This document shows, piece after piece, positions 15,445 through 28,100 of a stretch of 64,000 bases of DNA. Positions within the stretch are counted from its first letter, which is position 1. Each line of letters begins with the position of its first letter. This DNA comes from Pecten maximus (Eukaryota): assembly GCF_902652985.1 (NCBI RefSeq), contig NC_047019.1, positions 29,450,001 through 29,514,000 of the forward strand. The letters are read 5' to 3'. Position numbers and translations under genes: made by a program. A model generated the notes under the pieces. It was not told the origin of the DNA. It did no database searches and saw only the letters and a program-made list of their open reading frames with translations.

Positions 15445-17061
15445 AATCTGGTTAAGTCATAAACTCAACTGAGAACTTAGGTGGTGACAATGAAACTCTT
15501 AAGCATCTAAACAAAGTTCGAACACGTCTGACGGCATATCTCATAAGGAAATAAAATATTCCCAAATGGGACCGTGATGTCCCCCATAAAACTGTCCACC
15601 ATGGTGTAGTATACCGTGCAGAAGTACATGTCGTCATTCTGGATATTTGAAATATTTTCCATAGTTCCTTGATATAGTATACTACATTGGTACTTCAGAA
15701 TGGTAGTTATTATGTCATAATTTGCAATATTAATCGTTACGTTGTACCAGAGACCCCATTCGTGAAACGTCATCTTCCATACCAATTCAAAGTTTTTTGT
15801 CGACAGAGTTTCGCCAGAGATTTTAATTTATATCATTCTTTAGACATGTAAACGATCGATAAGCTTTTATTGTCGTCGTTTGTTTCGAGGGAAAATCACG
15901 AATCCACAATAATGTTTTAACAATAGCTTATGCTAGGATGATACACCTTAAACATTGTGTCGCTTAGGTTATTCCTATTGTGCCGAGTCGACCTTTGAAA
16001 GAAGAATATTGCATGACAAGAAGATGCTAACGCTTGCTTCAATTCAACATTGACTATTTTGAGCAATTTTGTGGAATTCGTCTGGAATATTTCCCTTAGT
16101 ACACAGAAATAATTGAAAACAATTTACTATTTGTTCCGTTCATTTAAACCGAAAATAGAATATAAATATAAAACATGTACAAGTTTCCAATACGTTTTCC
16201 TCCAATGGTTTTTCCTCGGGTTTCACCAGAATTAATAGCCTGTTGTCATGGTTAGTGGATCCAAAGCGACACGACTCCGATCGTCTGTCCAGACGGAAAT
16301 GAAAAGTAAATATACATTTAAGATTTATACCTGGGAATTCTGGCAATCCAGTCTGATTGTTAAATGATTGATAGGTGCTGACTTGTAAACGTCTATCTTT
16401 CACACAACATTAAATACAAAATATGCGCAAAAAGGACATTTGGCCGTCAACATCTCTATCCGATCCCACACAAATAATGGCATCTCTCGTTTCAAATGTT
16501 ATTTAAGGTCTTAACCTCAGCTCTCGTGTTACCACGCATTGTCTCGGGCTTCGCGGGACAAAATGGCGATGCACAACAATTTACTGTGTCCAAACTGGCA
16601 GTTTGATGAGAAAAGCATCTGATTTTTTCTCCAGGGTTGACAGAGCTACATAAACTGACACGATCAATTACTTGCCGAAGAGCTTATCTGAACCCAGGAT
16701 TCCGACTCCCAGGCCTGTACGTTCACACCGACACACAGTATACACATACACGTCAGGTTGCCCGGGGGTGAGGTTTGAGAAAACATGATAAGGCAGTATA
16801 TATTCACAAATACAATGTAATGCTACCCGGGGGTCAGGGTATGATGAAGTAACAAGGTAACACGTTAATAGGTTTTCCACAACTGTATTGCCATTCACCT
16901 ATGCTAACTTCTGAAGGCATGATAGGTCCAAAACTATCCCGTCACGTGTCGCACCATCAATTATTAATATAATGATATCAATAAACAAATTCTGTGGTTT
17001 ATATTTTATTCGGCGATGTAACACGAGGACGGGTTTGGAGGAGGTGGGGCGTGACTGGACA

Positions 17062-17082
17062 AGGGGGGGGGGGGGGGGGGGG
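17062..17082 (+). repeat. Poly-G tract (~20 nt)
   Basis: Run of G after GACAA, preceded by further G-runs. Confidence 0.9.
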
Positions 17083-17933
17083 TAATGGTGAGATAATATC
17101 TTATCACACATTCTAAAATGTCTCAAGAAGTAGGTATCCGCTGCGCCACGACATAATATAGTCATACACATGACATTTCTAGGACATTAAATCCACGCAT
17201 CCAAGTTAGAATGTAGGGGTAAATGTTGTGTAACAGCATGCAGTCAGATTAATGGAAAATGTCTAATTGTTCAATTAATTCCAATGAAGGTCGTCCGAAA
17301 AATTATGACATAAATTTATTCAATTCAGTGATACTTATGTTGGAGAACTACGAGTGGCGTGTTGTCATCAACGCAAAAACACTTACGGCTGTATTTTAGG
17401 ACTAGGACCCCATTTGTTGTAAAAATGTGAGCATGTTTTTCTTGTTAAATAAACATTTTGTGTACACGCCTTTCGATGTGTTATAAACAATTGTAGCCGA
17501 TCTACGCTGGTACAACAAAATATCTGTTACTTTTTAAGTCTGTGTCCTGTCGAGAAAGTCACGGTTTTCACTCGTACCATAATTTCATATAATTAAATAT
17601 GCACCTGTTGCGTTTTTGATTTTCAGTGAATATTGGAGTACATATTTAATTACTTTACACCCAGGTTAACAGTGGCGAGTTTTTTTTTATAAAACAATCG
17701 ACGTTTGTGGCTAATGTTTATATTACATATACGATAATTATATTAATAGACTGGCTCTATAACACTGTATCCAATACTGTAACTATCCCTAAATACAAAA
17801 ATGCATTTTATAATATTGTTAAAACATTTAAGATGAACTTTCCATCCACATAAAATACGTTGTCATTGTTGTCGGATAACATCATTTCACAACATCATAT
17901 CGGAAGGGTATTTGGCAATCACGAAATTCTTGG

Positions 17934-18081
17934 TCACTGAATATCATTTCATATAAAAGAAAAACAGTTAAATACAGTTTTATCACTGAATATCATTTCA
18001 TATAAAAGAAAAAAACAGTCAAATACATTTTTTATCACTGAATATCATTGCATATAAAAGAAAAACAGTTAAATACATTTT
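17934..18081 (+). repeat. ~50-bp tandem triplication
   Basis: TCACTGAATATCATTTCATATAAAAGAAAAACAGTTAAATACA x3. Confidence 0.9.
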
Positions 18082-19334
18082 TGTTAATGTACATTTAGAA
18101 AGTGAACAATTCATTCACGCCAGTGACTTTTTCAGAAGGTCGTTGATCTATAGATCGGAACACATTAACACAAAAGCATGGTTCGGGATGTCCGTCATTG
18201 GTACAATAGTCTTGAACAAAATAAAAAAATATTGAATAAAGCACAAGATCTTAACAAAATGTTATCTCATACAGAAAAAAAAAATTAATTTGTAAAATAT
18301 CTCACAACACAGGTTCAGTCCAGTTCTATATCTCAAATATATATATAAGATTTTGGAAGCCGTTGCCCTGCACCCCAACAGGGTGACTTTAATTATGCTG
18401 TGACATGACATCTCGCGTTGGAGTAGGTACGCCTCACTACGATACGAGTACTAACTCTTATTCATAATATTTATCCATATGTAAACCTGATCTGGATGAT
18501 TTGCGAAGACTTACCATAACACACGAAGTTTTGGCGTGTTTTTGTGCTCTGATGCCGACGGTAATATCAACTTAATTAAAACAGAATGGCAATTTTTCTC
18601 AAATTACCACGTGGCTTAATACAAAATGGACAAGGATTGTGGTTTATTTTGTTAATTCTTACATGTTCCTATCCTGGTTTACGCTGAGTGCTTTAATCTG
18701 TGCCGGTATGCAAATATATGTGTTCGTAGCAAGAGCAGGGAAAGTCTGGAAATATGAGCTGCTATATTTAAGTCTATAAGTACGGGCACGTGGTAAAAAT
18801 ACTTGTATTTTCTCCGGAATTTGCATATTTACCATTCCCGCAAGTTAATGTTATCAAACATAGCATTCTTGGTTTTCTTTGGTAGCATAACACTTCAAGA
18901 GGGTTCAAACCCAAACTAAACTCGCTTTTATGATGAGTTGATTAAACGGAGTATCAAACGCCCCAGCGTCCCGGGTATACCGGTACCTAACGGGACCGTA
19001 AGTGATACAGATAACATACAGGACACGTGCGAGATAGCATCCATTATACAATAATCTCGTGCACACATCAAATTATGACTGATCACTTAACATATACTGG
19101 TTTCAACGTCAGAATTCAACTAATATGTTAACCTTATAGTATCAAAGCAACAATACGCAATACTTGATCGAAAAAATAAGCTTAAATATCAAAAAAGGGA
19201 AACCTGCATGGGAACCCATGAAAAATATTAAAATGTAAATAAAATACAGACTGTCACCGAAATAGGCAATGTAACAATGTAAGATAAGAAATTATATCAT
19301 AATAATATAGAGAATATAACATGTCGGCTGAATG

Positions 19335-19607
19335 GTAACACTGTCCGTAACATAAGTAATGCAACATTGTCAGTAAGATAAGTAATGTAACACTGTCCGT
19401 CACATAAGGAATGTAACCATTGCAAAAATAGGTCGTAATATTACATGCAACAGTAAAAATTAGTTAGTAAAATAGTCACACAGTTCGTGAAATTAAAAAT
19501 GTAACATTGTTAGTAAAATAGTCACACAGCTCGTGAAATTAGAAATGTACCACTGTTAGTAAAATAGTCACAATGCTCGTGAAATTAGAAATGTAACATT
19601 GTCAGTC
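19335..19607 (+). repeat. Degenerate AATGTAACATTGTCAGTAA-type repeats
   Basis: Includes three copies of GTTAGTAAAATAGTCACA..CTCGTGAAATTAGAAATGTAAC. Confidence 0.7.
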
Positions 19608-20519
19608 ATTTAAAATTTTGCTAAGTTCATACTTATCTTGTTTCCAATATCTGTGGAAATCGGAAAGAGGAAGCTGCTTCATCTACAAAAACTATTGTCT
19701 TTGGATCAGACCTTCTTGGTGAAGTATATCTTTACCATACGAATATACGTCTGTATCCCTTTCTTTATGTACGTTCTAGAAGATCTGAAATCATTTGTTC
19801 CGGATATCGCTAAGTGCTCCAAAGTGTTGAACAGAAACCTAGCTTGGATTCTTATCTTTGGAATCACACATTCAAATGACAATGGACACACATTGTGAAA
19901 TCTGCCATAACGTCCATCGAAAACTCAGCTCTAAAAGCCCGAAACTGATCGTGACTTCGATATTAAGCATGCATTATGTGGCTCAAAGCTGAGTCTGTAA
20001 CAGAAATTCGTTCAATTTACTCTTTAAATCAATTTTGTCCATGACAGCTACTCCTGTTTGAAGAATGTGTTTTCTCTGCTATCGGCGTTTCGTTGACGCC
20101 ATTCTTCCTCTCTGCTCCACCAATGATTTCTAAGAGAGGTATTTTCGAAGTATGGTTTGATTATGCTTAGACCTTTGGAAAGTAAGGACAATGCCACTTT
20201 CTTTTAAGCATTACTAGGTGCGACCACGGGCGTCCAATTCTAGGATGCTGCTGTCCTAAAACTGTTCCTAATTAAAGCAGCATGATTGTTTTATACACGC
20301 TACGCCTTGGATGATTTCATCACGAAATAGAGAAAGTTGCACCCGGTAATTTGCTAGACACGAGCACTTATTGAACTTTCTTTCTCTCTTTCTAATTATC
20401 AAATTATTTTTCATTTTCCCTTTTTCTGCATACATGACTATCTCCTTGTGGGGAAAATAAAAGTAATAGTAAAAGTAATATTATAAGATGAAAACACGAT
20501 ACGTAACATTTCCCATAGG

Positions 20520-20650
20520 ATAAGAATGTAAAATTGTCAGTGAAATGAGGAAATGTTACATTGTCAGTGAAATGAGGAAATGTAACATTTTCAGCAAAAT
20601 GAGGAAATGTAACGTTGTCAGTAAAAACTGGAAATGTAACGTTGACAGAG
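20520..20650 (+). repeat. 27-bp minisatellite related to the 19.3-19.6 kb repeats
   Basis: TTGTCAGTGAAATGAGGAAATGTAACA x ~5. Confidence 0.75.
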
Positions 20651-20762
20651 AAGTATGAATGGTGACATTGTGTCAGTATAGTATCGATCTTAAAGAGTGC
20701 CTTAACTGATGTGAAGAAAAATCAAAGCATTTGCATTGTTTTAGTGCGTTCAACTCTTCGAT

Positions 20763-23707
20763 CGGGGGTAGAATCGTTACCATGGCCACGACCACACCGG
20801 GGGTAGTTACCATGGCCACGACAACACGGGGTAGAATATTGAATCGTAACCATGGCCACGACAACACGGGGTAGAATATTTAATTGTTACCATGGCCACG
20901 ACAACACCGGGGGTAGAATATTGAATTGTTACCATGGCCACGACAACACGGGGTAGAATATTGAATCGTTACCATAGCCACGACAACACGGGGTAGAATA
21001 TTGAATTGTTACCATGGCCACGACAACACGGGGTAGAATATTGAATCGTTACCATAGCCACGACAACACTGGGTAGAATATTGAATCGTTACCAAAGCCA
21101 CGACAACACGGGGTAGAATATTGAATCGTTACCATAGCCACGACAACACGGGGTAGAATATTGAATCGTTACCATGGTCACGACAACACGGGGTAGAATA
21201 TCGAATCTTTACCATGGCCACGGCAACACCGGGGGTAGAATATTGAATTGTTACCATGGCCACGACAACACGGGGTAGAATATTGAATCGTTACCATGGC
21301 CACGACAACACGGGGTAGAATATTGAATCGTTACCATGGCCACGAAAACACCGGAGGTAGAATATTGAATCGTTACCATAGCCACGACAACACGGGGTAG
21401 AATATTGAATTGTTACCATAGCTACGACAGCACGAGGTAGAATATTGAATCGTTACCATAGCCAGGACAACACGGGGTAGAATATTGAATCGTTACCATG
21501 GCCACGACAACACGGGGTAGAATATTGAATCGTTACCATGGCCACGACAACACGGGGTAGAATATTTAATTGTTACCATGGCCACGACAACACCGGGGGT
21601 AGAATATTGAATTGTTACCATGGCCACGACAACACGGGGTAGAATATTGAATCGTTACCATAGCCACGACAACACGGGGTAGAATATTGAATTGTTACCA
21701 TGGCCACGACAACACGGGGTAGAATATTGAATCTTTACCATAGCCACGACAACACTGGGTAGAATATTGAATCGTTACCATAGCCACGACAACACGGGGT
21801 AGAATATTGAATTGTTACCATGGCCACGACAACACGGGGTATAATATTGAATCGTTACCATAGCCACGACAACACGGGGTAGAATATTGAATTGTTACCA
21901 TAGCCACGACAACACGGGGTAGAATATTGAATCGTTACCATGGTCACGACAACACGGGGTAGAATATCGAATCTTTACCATGGCCACGGCAACACCGGGG
22001 GTAGAATATTGAATTGTTACCATGGCCACGACAACACGGGGTAGAATATTGAATCGTTACCATGGCCACGACAACACGGGGTAGAATATTGAATCGTTAC
22101 CATGGCCACGAAAACACCGGAGGTAGAATATTGAATCGTTACCATAGCCACGACAACACGGGGTAGAATATTGAATTGTTACCATGGCCACGACAACACG
22201 GGGTAGAATATTGAATTGTTACCATGGCCACGACAACACGGGGTAGAATATTGAATCGTTACCATAGCCAGGACAACACGGGGTAGAATATTGAATCGTT
22301 ACCATGGCCACGACAACACGGGGTAAAATATTGAATCGTTACCATAGCCACGACAACACGGGGTAGAATATTGAATTGTTACCATGGCCACGACAACACG
22401 GGGTAGAATATTGAATTGTTACCATGGCCACGACAACACGGGGTAGAATATTGAATCGTTACCATAGCCACAACAACACGGGGTAGAATATTGAATTGTT
22501 ACCATGGCCACGACAACACCGGGGGTAGAATATTGAATCGTTACCATAGCCACGACAACACGGGGGTAGAATATTGAATCTTTACCATGGCCACGACAAC
22601 ACCGGGGGTAGAATATTGAATCGTTACCATAGACACGACAACACGGGGTAAAATATTGAATCGTTACCATAGACACGACAACACGGGGGTAGAATATTGA
22701 ATCGTTACCATAGCCACGACAACACGGTGTAGAATATTGAATCGTTACCATGGCCACGACAACACCGGGGGTAAAATATTGAATCGTTACCATGGCCACG
22801 ACAACACGGGGGTAGAATATTGAATCGTTGCCATAGCCACGACAACACCGGGGGTAAAATATTGAATCGTTACCATAGCCACGACAACACGGGGGGTAGA
22901 ATTTGAATCGTTACCATGGCCACGACAACACCGGGGGTAGAATATTGAATCGTTACCATAGCCACGACAACACGGGGGTAGAATATTGAATCGTTACCAT
23001 GGCCACGACAACACGGGGGTAGAATATTGAATCGTTACCATAGCCACGACAACACGGGGTAGAATATTGAATCGTTACCATAGCCACGACAACACGGGGT
23101 AGAATATTGAATCGTTACCATAGCCACGACAACACGGGGTAGAATATTGAATCGTTACCATAGCCACGACAACACGGGGTAGAATATTGAATCGTTACCA
23201 TAGCCACGACAACACGGGGTAGAATATTGAATCGTTACCATGGCCACGACAACACGGGGGTAGAATATTGAATCGTTACCATAGCCACGACAACACCGGG
23301 GTAGAATATTGAATCGTTACCATAGCCACGACAACACCGGGGGTAGAATATTGAATCGTTACCATAGCCACGACAACACGGGGGTAGAATATTGAATCGT
23401 TACCATAGCCACGACAACACGGGGGTAGAATATTGAATCGTTACCATAGCCACGACAACACGGGGGTAGAATATTGAATCGTTACCATAGCCACGACAAC
23501 ACCGGGGGTAAAATATTGAATCGTTACCATAGCCACGACAACACGGGGGTAGAATTTGAATCGTTACCATGGCCACGACAACACCGGGGGTAGAATTTGA
23601 ACCGTTACCATGGCCACGACAACACCGGGGGTAGAATTTGAATCGTTACCATGGCCACGACAACACCGGGGGTAGAATTTGAATCGTTACGATAGCCACG
23701 ACAACAC
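20763..23707 (+). repeat. 40-42-bp satellite, ~70 copies
   Basis: Unit GGGTAGAATATTGAATCGTTACCAT(A/G)GCCACGACAACACG; no unique spacers. Confidence 0.99.
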
Positions 23708-23989
23708 TTGTTGAAAGGTTCTGTTGTGTCCATGATTCTGAAAAAAGGTTGTTGTGTCCATGATTCTGAAAAAAGGACCAGATTCGTTGTATAATTCCAA
23801 GATCGTATCTGTGCTCTGTTGAAGATACAGTTAGCTGATATGGTTAAGTGGTTTACAGAACAATATATCGTATTTATATCATTCTTGTAAACAAACCTAA
23901 TTATACTGATCCTCGTATTAATTATAGACCTATCTATCTATACATTGATAAAGTGTTTTACGTAGTAGAGTACGGGAGCTGTACAGCTG

Positions 23990-24200
23990 AACATATCACT
24001 CTCATGAGAACGTAGGACAGTGTTAATACATACCAGACCGGGCTGTGTAACCGATACCTCCCCCCTCCCTACTCCCTCTCCCGATAAACAGCAGTCCGGT
24101 AAGTGCAGTATATTACAATCATGATTTATACTACTAGTATATGACTTGTCCAGGAATCAGACCTAAAGCTTTCCTTATCTACTTGTGATATACAAAGGAG
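23990..24200 (-). mobile_element. Possible decayed SINE
   Basis: Plus-strand ..TATGACTTGTCCAGGAATCAGACCT..CTTTCC resembles the reverse complement of a tRNA-SINE B-box region; heavily diverged. Confidence 0.25.
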
Positions 24201-24825
24201 GATAGGTAGTCTTTGTTGTACTTTTTATTTCACATTTTAGATTATTTTGTTTTTATTTCTACAATGTTGGATATATATTTACTTACTTAATATTTTAGAA
24301 ATGGATTATTTCTGTCGTGAAAGACACATGCCTGGTTATCGGTTATCTTTACGATATAACTCCGCGAGTGGGTGTGGGAGGCCTCACAGCAAACTTAACG
24401 GTTATGTCCTAATTATTAATTAAGAAACGGTGTTAATTGATATGCTACTGGTTACATGCAGTGAAGTCTTAGATACAATCACGCCGGACGTGTAAGATTT
24501 GAGCAACACGTGCCTTACCATATTTGGATGTTCACCAATATAGCCTACCCTATCTAAGGAGAGTATGGATAGAAATTAGTGTTTCTAAAAGTTTATTTGG
24601 GAAGAGGTACATTTTGTAGCCAATTATTAACTGTGTAGGATTAGTAATTAAGATTAAGATGTCGATCAGTAATATATTACAAGCAATTTCTAATTACTAG
24701 TATTTATAATTTTCCACGTTAAATTAAAGTGCACTGTATTCTACAGGGTAATCAAATTATTCTTGTTCCAATACACAGTGTAGTCGCGCAATGTTTAAAA
24801 TTGTGATTCTTACTTCTGTAATATT

Positions 24826-25245
24826 AACATATTTACACCTGTGATGGCTGTATCGGTATTGTTTACATATTTACACCTGTGATGGCTGTATCTGTATTGT
24901 TTACATATTTACACCTGTGATGTCTGTATCTGTATTGTTTACATATTTACACCTGTGATGTCTGTACCTGTAATGTTTACATATTTACACCTGTGATGTC
25001 TATATGTGTAATATTTACATATTTACACCTGTGATGTCTGTATCTGTATTGTTTACATATTTACACCTGTGATGTCTGTATCTGTAATATTTACATATTT
25101 ACACCTGTGATGTCTGTACCTGTAATATTTACATATTTATACCTGTGATGTCTGTATCTGTATTGTTTACATATTTACACCTGTGATGTCTGTATCTGTA
25201 ATATTTACATATTTACACCTGTGATGTCTGTACCTGTAATGTTTA
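24826..25245 (+). repeat. 38-bp minisatellite, ~11 copies, followed by degenerate GATGTTTACACCTGT units to ~25640
   Basis: Unit ACATATTTACACCTGTGATGTCTGTATCTGTATTGTTT. Confidence 0.95.
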
Positions 25246-25679
25246 CGCATATGATATTTTATGTAAAACTGACATGTGACACTTCAATAAAATACATTGT
25301 ATTGTATTGTAATTTTTGTATCTCAGATGTGTACAGCTTTCGTGTGGTGATTGAAGCCGTGCTGCGATGTTTACACTTGCGATGTTTCCACCTGTGATGT
25401 TTACACCTGTGATGTTTACACCTGTGACGATTGTACCTACGACAGTTACATACACCCGTGATATTTACTGAAGTATTCAGACCTGATACGTTAACGCCTG
25501 TACTATTTACACATGTGATAGTTACATCTGTGGTGTTTATAACGGTGTATTTACACCCGTAATGTTTCCAACTTCCGACCTGATACCTTAACACCTGTGA
25601 TGTTTACACCTGATACACGTGATACTGTTATCACAGGTACACTGATGCGAGGCTCCATCCCCGTCCTATACAGGCAAGT

Positions 25680-25973
25680 GATGCGACAGTGACGCGCGAT
25701 CTCTATCTGTCACTGTTGCTGAGGAGAAGTGGGCGAGGCTTGCATACATCAACACTTATGATTGGACCAACACATGTCAGATTTATGCAAATATCCCGCG
25801 CGGGTGGCTCGCGTGCACATTTTGACATGTAGCTTATCGGATTTCGACAAATGAGAAAGATACTTGAATTATTCCGTTACTTCTGAGGACTTGAAAGAAA
25901 AACACAGGTTATGTGCTATAGAATGGTAGAAACTCCACGAGAATGCATTTCTGAATAGTTTGGATCCGTCGGA
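25680..25973 (+). promoter_or_regulatory. Putative vestigial proximal promoter / 5'UTR
   Basis: Locally CpG-rich. GC-box-like GGGCGAGG at ~25731, reverse CCAAT (ATTGG 25761-25765), E-box CACATG 25771-25776, octamer ATGCAAAT 25785-25792, immediately upstream of the ATG exon. Confidence 0.55.
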
Positions 25974-26051
25974 ATGAGTAACTGTGCCGATATGATGCAT
26001 CCGCTATACCCGCCGTACTTTCCACATAAAACCTCCACCAATGACATATCG
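25974..26051 (+). CDS. vg: vestigial-like (VGLL1-3 class) coding exon 1
   Basis: ATG at 25974 reads MSNCADMMHPLYPPYFPHKTSTNDIS, resembling the N-termini of VGLL2 (MSCLDVMYQVY..PYF) and fly Vg (..SCPEVMYGAYYPY). Phase-0 donor TCG|GTAAGT at 26051/26052. Confidence 0.88.
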
Positions 26052-27191
26052 GTAAGTATGCATGCAAGTCTCAAATATTTTCATCAAAAAGAATTTTCAT
26101 TTGAAATTGATTTTCTTTCTTCTTTCAGCTTCCTCACTAAGCACGTGCCAATGGAAATAGTTTAAAAAGAAACTCGGAATTTCTGATCGCATAGTTCCGC
26201 TTTCTGATCACATAGTTCCGCTTTCTGAACAAACATACCAGCCGGTCCACGCGCGTAGGGTAACACACGGCATGATCCGTAAAACGTTTGTGGTAAATAT
26301 TTTCTCCGATACCAACAGGAATTCCACGACATGTCTGAGATTTTAGTCAGAAATAACGGTCATTTCTTTCCTCATTTCATACGATGTGCAAAAATATTTA
26401 CCGATACCTAAACCAAATGTTGTATGGTTATAAGCGACTATAACCGCCAATCCTCGATAGTGGAGACCGTATCTATAATGTTGGTGTTTCGGTGGTTTAT
26501 TGAAAGTCTATTTCGTGTGTATTTGATCTGACGGTCACTCTTACTTAGATCCCACGTGGATTATAACTTAGCCGCGGCACTACCAGGGATAGAATAAGTC
26601 CGATTTCATAATGATGGTCTTGTGACGAAAAATTTCTGAGGATTATAATTTCGGAATCATGACTGAAAGACTTATCAAAATTGTCCTCGGTCTGATTTGT
26701 TGAGAAATACATGTAGTAAATATTTCTTCGCCTTGTGAGTATTGGCAAATATATTCATTCGAATAAACCGATGGACTATACGTAAATGGTACCGACCGTC
26801 TGACAGTGAACGATCTCCATGTACATAATATTCCGTATGATCTGATACGGTCGATACGGTGTCAAACAATTTAATGTGTAATCAATTAATTTGATCTGTT
26901 TAGATATTTTTTTTTACTAATTTTACATGTTTATATTATTTCTGTACTGACAAAGAACAAAGTTAATTCTAACTATTGTATTCCTGATAACCTACGATCT
27001 TACGAGAGGAGATTACTAATCAGAGTACATTAACAATGCTTAAATAGCAACACTTTCTGACGAGTGTTTTTCCTCAAACGATATCAAATAATTTACTAAA
27101 ATGACGTCAATATTAATTTGTTTATTGTATTTTATTTATATAGAAAGATTGAAGCATTTTATAAAATATATTACTTTTTTTGTCTCCACAG

Positions 27192-27465
27192 AAATACGGT
27201 TCTTCTGGTAGTGTTCCGGTATACGACCCCGCGAGCACTTCTTATCCTTGTATCCCGGAGAGTGTGAACCTTAACGTGTCTAGGAATGCCGACGTCGATA
27301 TGGAGAGTCAGCCTAAGGCGTCCCAATACGTCAATCCGAATTGTGTTCTATTAAACTATTTTACCGGGGACACTGCCACAGTCGTGGACGAACATTTCTC
27401 ACGTGCTCTTAGTCAGCCCAGCAGTTTCACCGCCGACCGGGGTACGACGCCGCTCCGTAAAACAG
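27192..27465 (+). CDS. vg: vestigial-like coding exon 2, TONDU (TEAD/Scalloped-interaction) domain
   Basis: Pyrimidine tract + CAG acceptor ending at 27191. Encodes YVNPNCVLLNYFTGDTATVVDEHFSRALSQPSSF, the Vg/TONDU signature (CV.F.YF.GD...VVDEHFSRAL). Phase-1 donor ACAG|GTGCGT. Confidence 0.97.
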
Positions 27466-28024
27466 GTGCGTTTATTTATTTTTTTATTTTAAATATCCAA
27501 CCCCGCATCAAACGAGTGATACAACCTAGTTGTGTAGTTGACAACTTTAACACTAAAATTGGTGATATCTACACATCTAAAACTGGTGGTCGTTAAACCA
27601 TAAAACTGGTGATAATCAAATTGATAAAACCATGAAGCTGTTGATAATTAGACAGAACACAAATGTGTAGTTGATTTCACGATAATTAATTTAATGGTTT
27701 ATGGTCAATCATCACTACAAATAATGTAAATATATTACAATGTTTACAAAACGTCTATGGTTTCTGTTGTACATGTACATGTATGCATTTATTTTTTTAT
27801 GTGGTAATTAATTATTCGGATACGAACTTGGAAATATATATATATATATAAAACACCCCATCATAATGAGTGAAAATAACTTAATCGTACACATGTTATT
27901 ATTTTATATATTAATACAGTCAATGATACTATATTCAATGATAATATATTTAATGATAATATATCCAATGCCGTATTTCGTTTTGTTCGTTCTATTCTGA
28001 CGGTGCAATGGAGCTATTTCCTGT

Positions 28025-28100
28025 TCAAGTCCAATATTACACTCACGGTTGTGGGGTCATGCAAGTCCAATATTACACTCACGGTTGAGGGGTCAAGTGT
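28025..28100 (+). repeat. Short tandem duplication in vestigial intron 2
   Basis: CAAGTCCAATATTACACTCACGGTTG(T/A)GGGGTCA x2. Confidence 0.85.

Noticed and set aside
14911-15462. 183-aa Arg/Ser-rich ORF (HIPYRSRSRR)n resembling an SR or protamine-like protein
   Set aside because: It is the translation of a 30-bp tandem repeat, and its ATG lies in the noisy, probably mis-assembled segment. No splice or promoter support.
20763-23707. CRISPR-like array of ~40-bp repeats
   Set aside because: Units are head-to-tail with no unique spacers, there are no cas genes, and the context is eukaryotic. The same applies to the 36-bp array at 9589-9950.
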